Positions 61,832 through 64,000 of a DNA stretch of 64,000 bases are shown here, in pieces. The stretch spans positions 62,001 to 126,000 of the forward strand of contig NIVC01001874.1 in NCBI GenBank assembly GCA_002269645.1, given 5' to 3'. Made by a program: the position numbers and the translations under genes. Below the pieces are notes generated by a model. It was not told the origin of the DNA, did no database searches, and worked only from the letters and a program-made list of their open reading frames with translations. Source of the DNA: Macrostomum lignano. Taxonomy: Eukaryota. Every line of letters begins with the position of its first letter. Positions within the stretch are counted from its first letter, which is position 1.

Positions 61832-62812
61832 TTTGCCATGACTAGGGACATGGTGGCCGTGCCTCTAACTCTATGTCTAAGGACACGGCTGCCATGTCCC
61901 TAGCTACCACACTACTCTGTGCCTAGAGCCATGGCGGCCATGTCTTTAGCTATGTGGACTCGCGGCATAGGGACGCAGCATGGGCATGTATGGGGACACG
62001 GCGGCCATGTTCTTAATAATCTACCACTCACATGCCTAGGGGCATGGTGGTTGTCTCTGAACAATGGGCTTTAAATGCAACATGATTTGATACATGTACG
62101 TAGGTAGCTTGAACATTGCCAGTAGTGTCCGTAAAGATAGTCAAATATTGTATCAATCAATCTTTTCCAATATACTAAAACTCACAAGTATATACTATGT
62201 TGTACATGCATCCGCTAACCGCCCCATTCTATGTTGGATGCGCTAACATAAATGTATATAAAGTAATTGCATGGCGCTACATGTATTTTTGTAAGGTACT
62301 CTAAGCATGGTAGGTAAGAAGTTCAATTCTTAAATTATATTTCTGCAAACAGTCAATTTCAACAAAAATGCTTGAGATATGTACGCATCAAAAAAAGCAA
62401 TAATAAATAAAACAACAAACGAACAAGTTTGTGCTTTCTACGACACAGTATACTTGTGCAATATAATAGTATAATTTAAAAGGAGTTTCAGTATATTGGA
62501 TTGACACAATATTTGACCATCTTTATGGACACTACCAGCAACGTTCAAGCTACCTTACATACATGTATCGAATCATGTTGCATTTAAAGCCCATTGTTCA
62601 GAGACAACCGCCGTGCCCCTAGGCATGTGAGTAGTAGATTAATAGGAACATGGCCGCCGTGTCCCCATACACACAGCGAGTCCACACAGCTAAAGACACG
62701 GCCGCCATGGCTCTAGGCACAGAGTAGTGTGGTAGCTAGGGACATGGCGGCCGTGTCCTTAGACATAGAGTTAGAGGCATGGCCGCCGTGTCCCCTCCCT
62801 AGTCATGGCAAA
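61832..62812. repeat. Long inverted repeat (foldback), ~330-350-bp arms with ~300-bp spacer
   Basis: 61832-62183 is the reverse complement, with mismatches, of 62483-62812; more degenerate symmetry continues outward. Confidence 0.88.
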
Positions 62813-63922
62813 AGATGTTATGTAATGAATAATTTACAGTTTGTTTTTCTAGTTTAATTGTAGTATAACAACTTATTCCTATAGTATATATAGAAGATAA
62901 GGTAGCTACCTTATCAGTGTGCCATGTGGATAAGATAGAAATAATAAAATTAGGGCCTTATCTGATTTTAATTATAAGGGAGATCCTAAAAGTAATGTCA
63001 TTATATATAACTTTGGCCAATTGGTTTTTACTGACATTAAAACCATATTAAAATGTACATAATGGGAATAGGGTTGCTATATACTAGACAACAAAATTAT
63101 GGGGTAGCTAACCAAGGAGTGAAAGTTAAGTAAGTCATCATGCACATGTTTATATACATTTTAACATCAGTAAAAACCAATTGGCCAAAGTTATTCTCAT
63201 GTCACTTGCTTGCAATACCTTTCATAAATATATTTAAACAATGGAAATAATCACTTAATAATGGTTTTATTTAGCAACAAAATGTTACTAAAACTTTTGA
63301 AATTAGAAAAATGTGAATAGGTTTATAAAGGATTTAGCATTAGGCCAAGGACATACTTTTATATAATAAAGTATATAATTACTCACCTCCATCTATGGGT
63401 GTTGTCCTCTTTTTAACATAGTTTTTATGTGCTAGACACATTTCTGCCATCATAGTCATCATAGATACTAAGGCAAGTTGGCTACACTTTCTTAACTAGC
63501 CTCAAACTGCTTCACCAACTAGTAGACCATTCTTTTATTGATTGCGTTAGCACTATAGATATAGATCAGGTTTGCATGGATCTAGACAGTTTGACTAAGA
63601 TTCCAAATGGAGAATATGGCATATTATTGCCTTTCTATAGAACAAATTGAATACTCATGTCCATGACATTAATACATCTTAAGTCATCCATGCTCTGCAA
63701 GTTTGTGCTGCCTTAGCTCTATTGATGCTTGCTTCTACCCAAGTCAGAATAGACTGCATATCTATGTAAATCTATAGCCAAGGGTGCTCAAATCATAACT
63801 TATTGTGCTGAGTAAGAATCACACAAACAATGGGACTTTTGACCTTAAAGAACTAAGATGAACCACTTTATGGGCAAAGGCAACTTATTATTAGCATCTT
63901 ATCAGAATATCCAATGGCGATT

Positions 63923-64000
63923 CACACACATGTAAGTCGCTATTGGACGGAATAGTAGTCACGTGACTGCTCTCAGCCAATAGCGACTTACATGTGTGTG
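63923..64000. repeat. Perfect 24-bp inverted repeat enclosing a palindromic GTCACGTGAC core
   Basis: CACACACATGTAAGTCGCTATTGG (63923-63946) and CCAATAGCGACTTACATGTGTGTG (63977-64000). Confidence 0.9.

Overview
Eukaryotic (animal) genomic DNA, not prokaryotic. GC-rich exons with GT-AG introns sit among about 35 different minisatellite arrays that cover very roughly 40% of the window. This architecture suggests a free-living flatworm such as Macrostomum (inference only). Genes I reconstructed by hand from splice sites and reading phase: the 3' part of an NKRF-like gene (dsRBD-like plus degenerate R3H, no visible G-patch); a two-exon orphan 2-TM protein gene; an almost complete 14-exon PIGN/MCD4 gene (~951 codons), one intron of which has full U12 minor-spliceosome signals; an intronless RYamide (NKY-like) neuropeptide precursor; and an intronless divergent TALE homeobox gene. 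Mobile DNA: a full-length but disrupted DD34D mariner inserted in a 23-bp satellite, a solo LTR inserted in an intronic minisatellite, two inverted tRNA/CORE-type SINEs, several MITE/foldback elements and a Penelope-like RT relic. Most long ORFs in the supplied track are read-throughs of tandem repeats. No database searches were run; family calls rest on remembered motifs.
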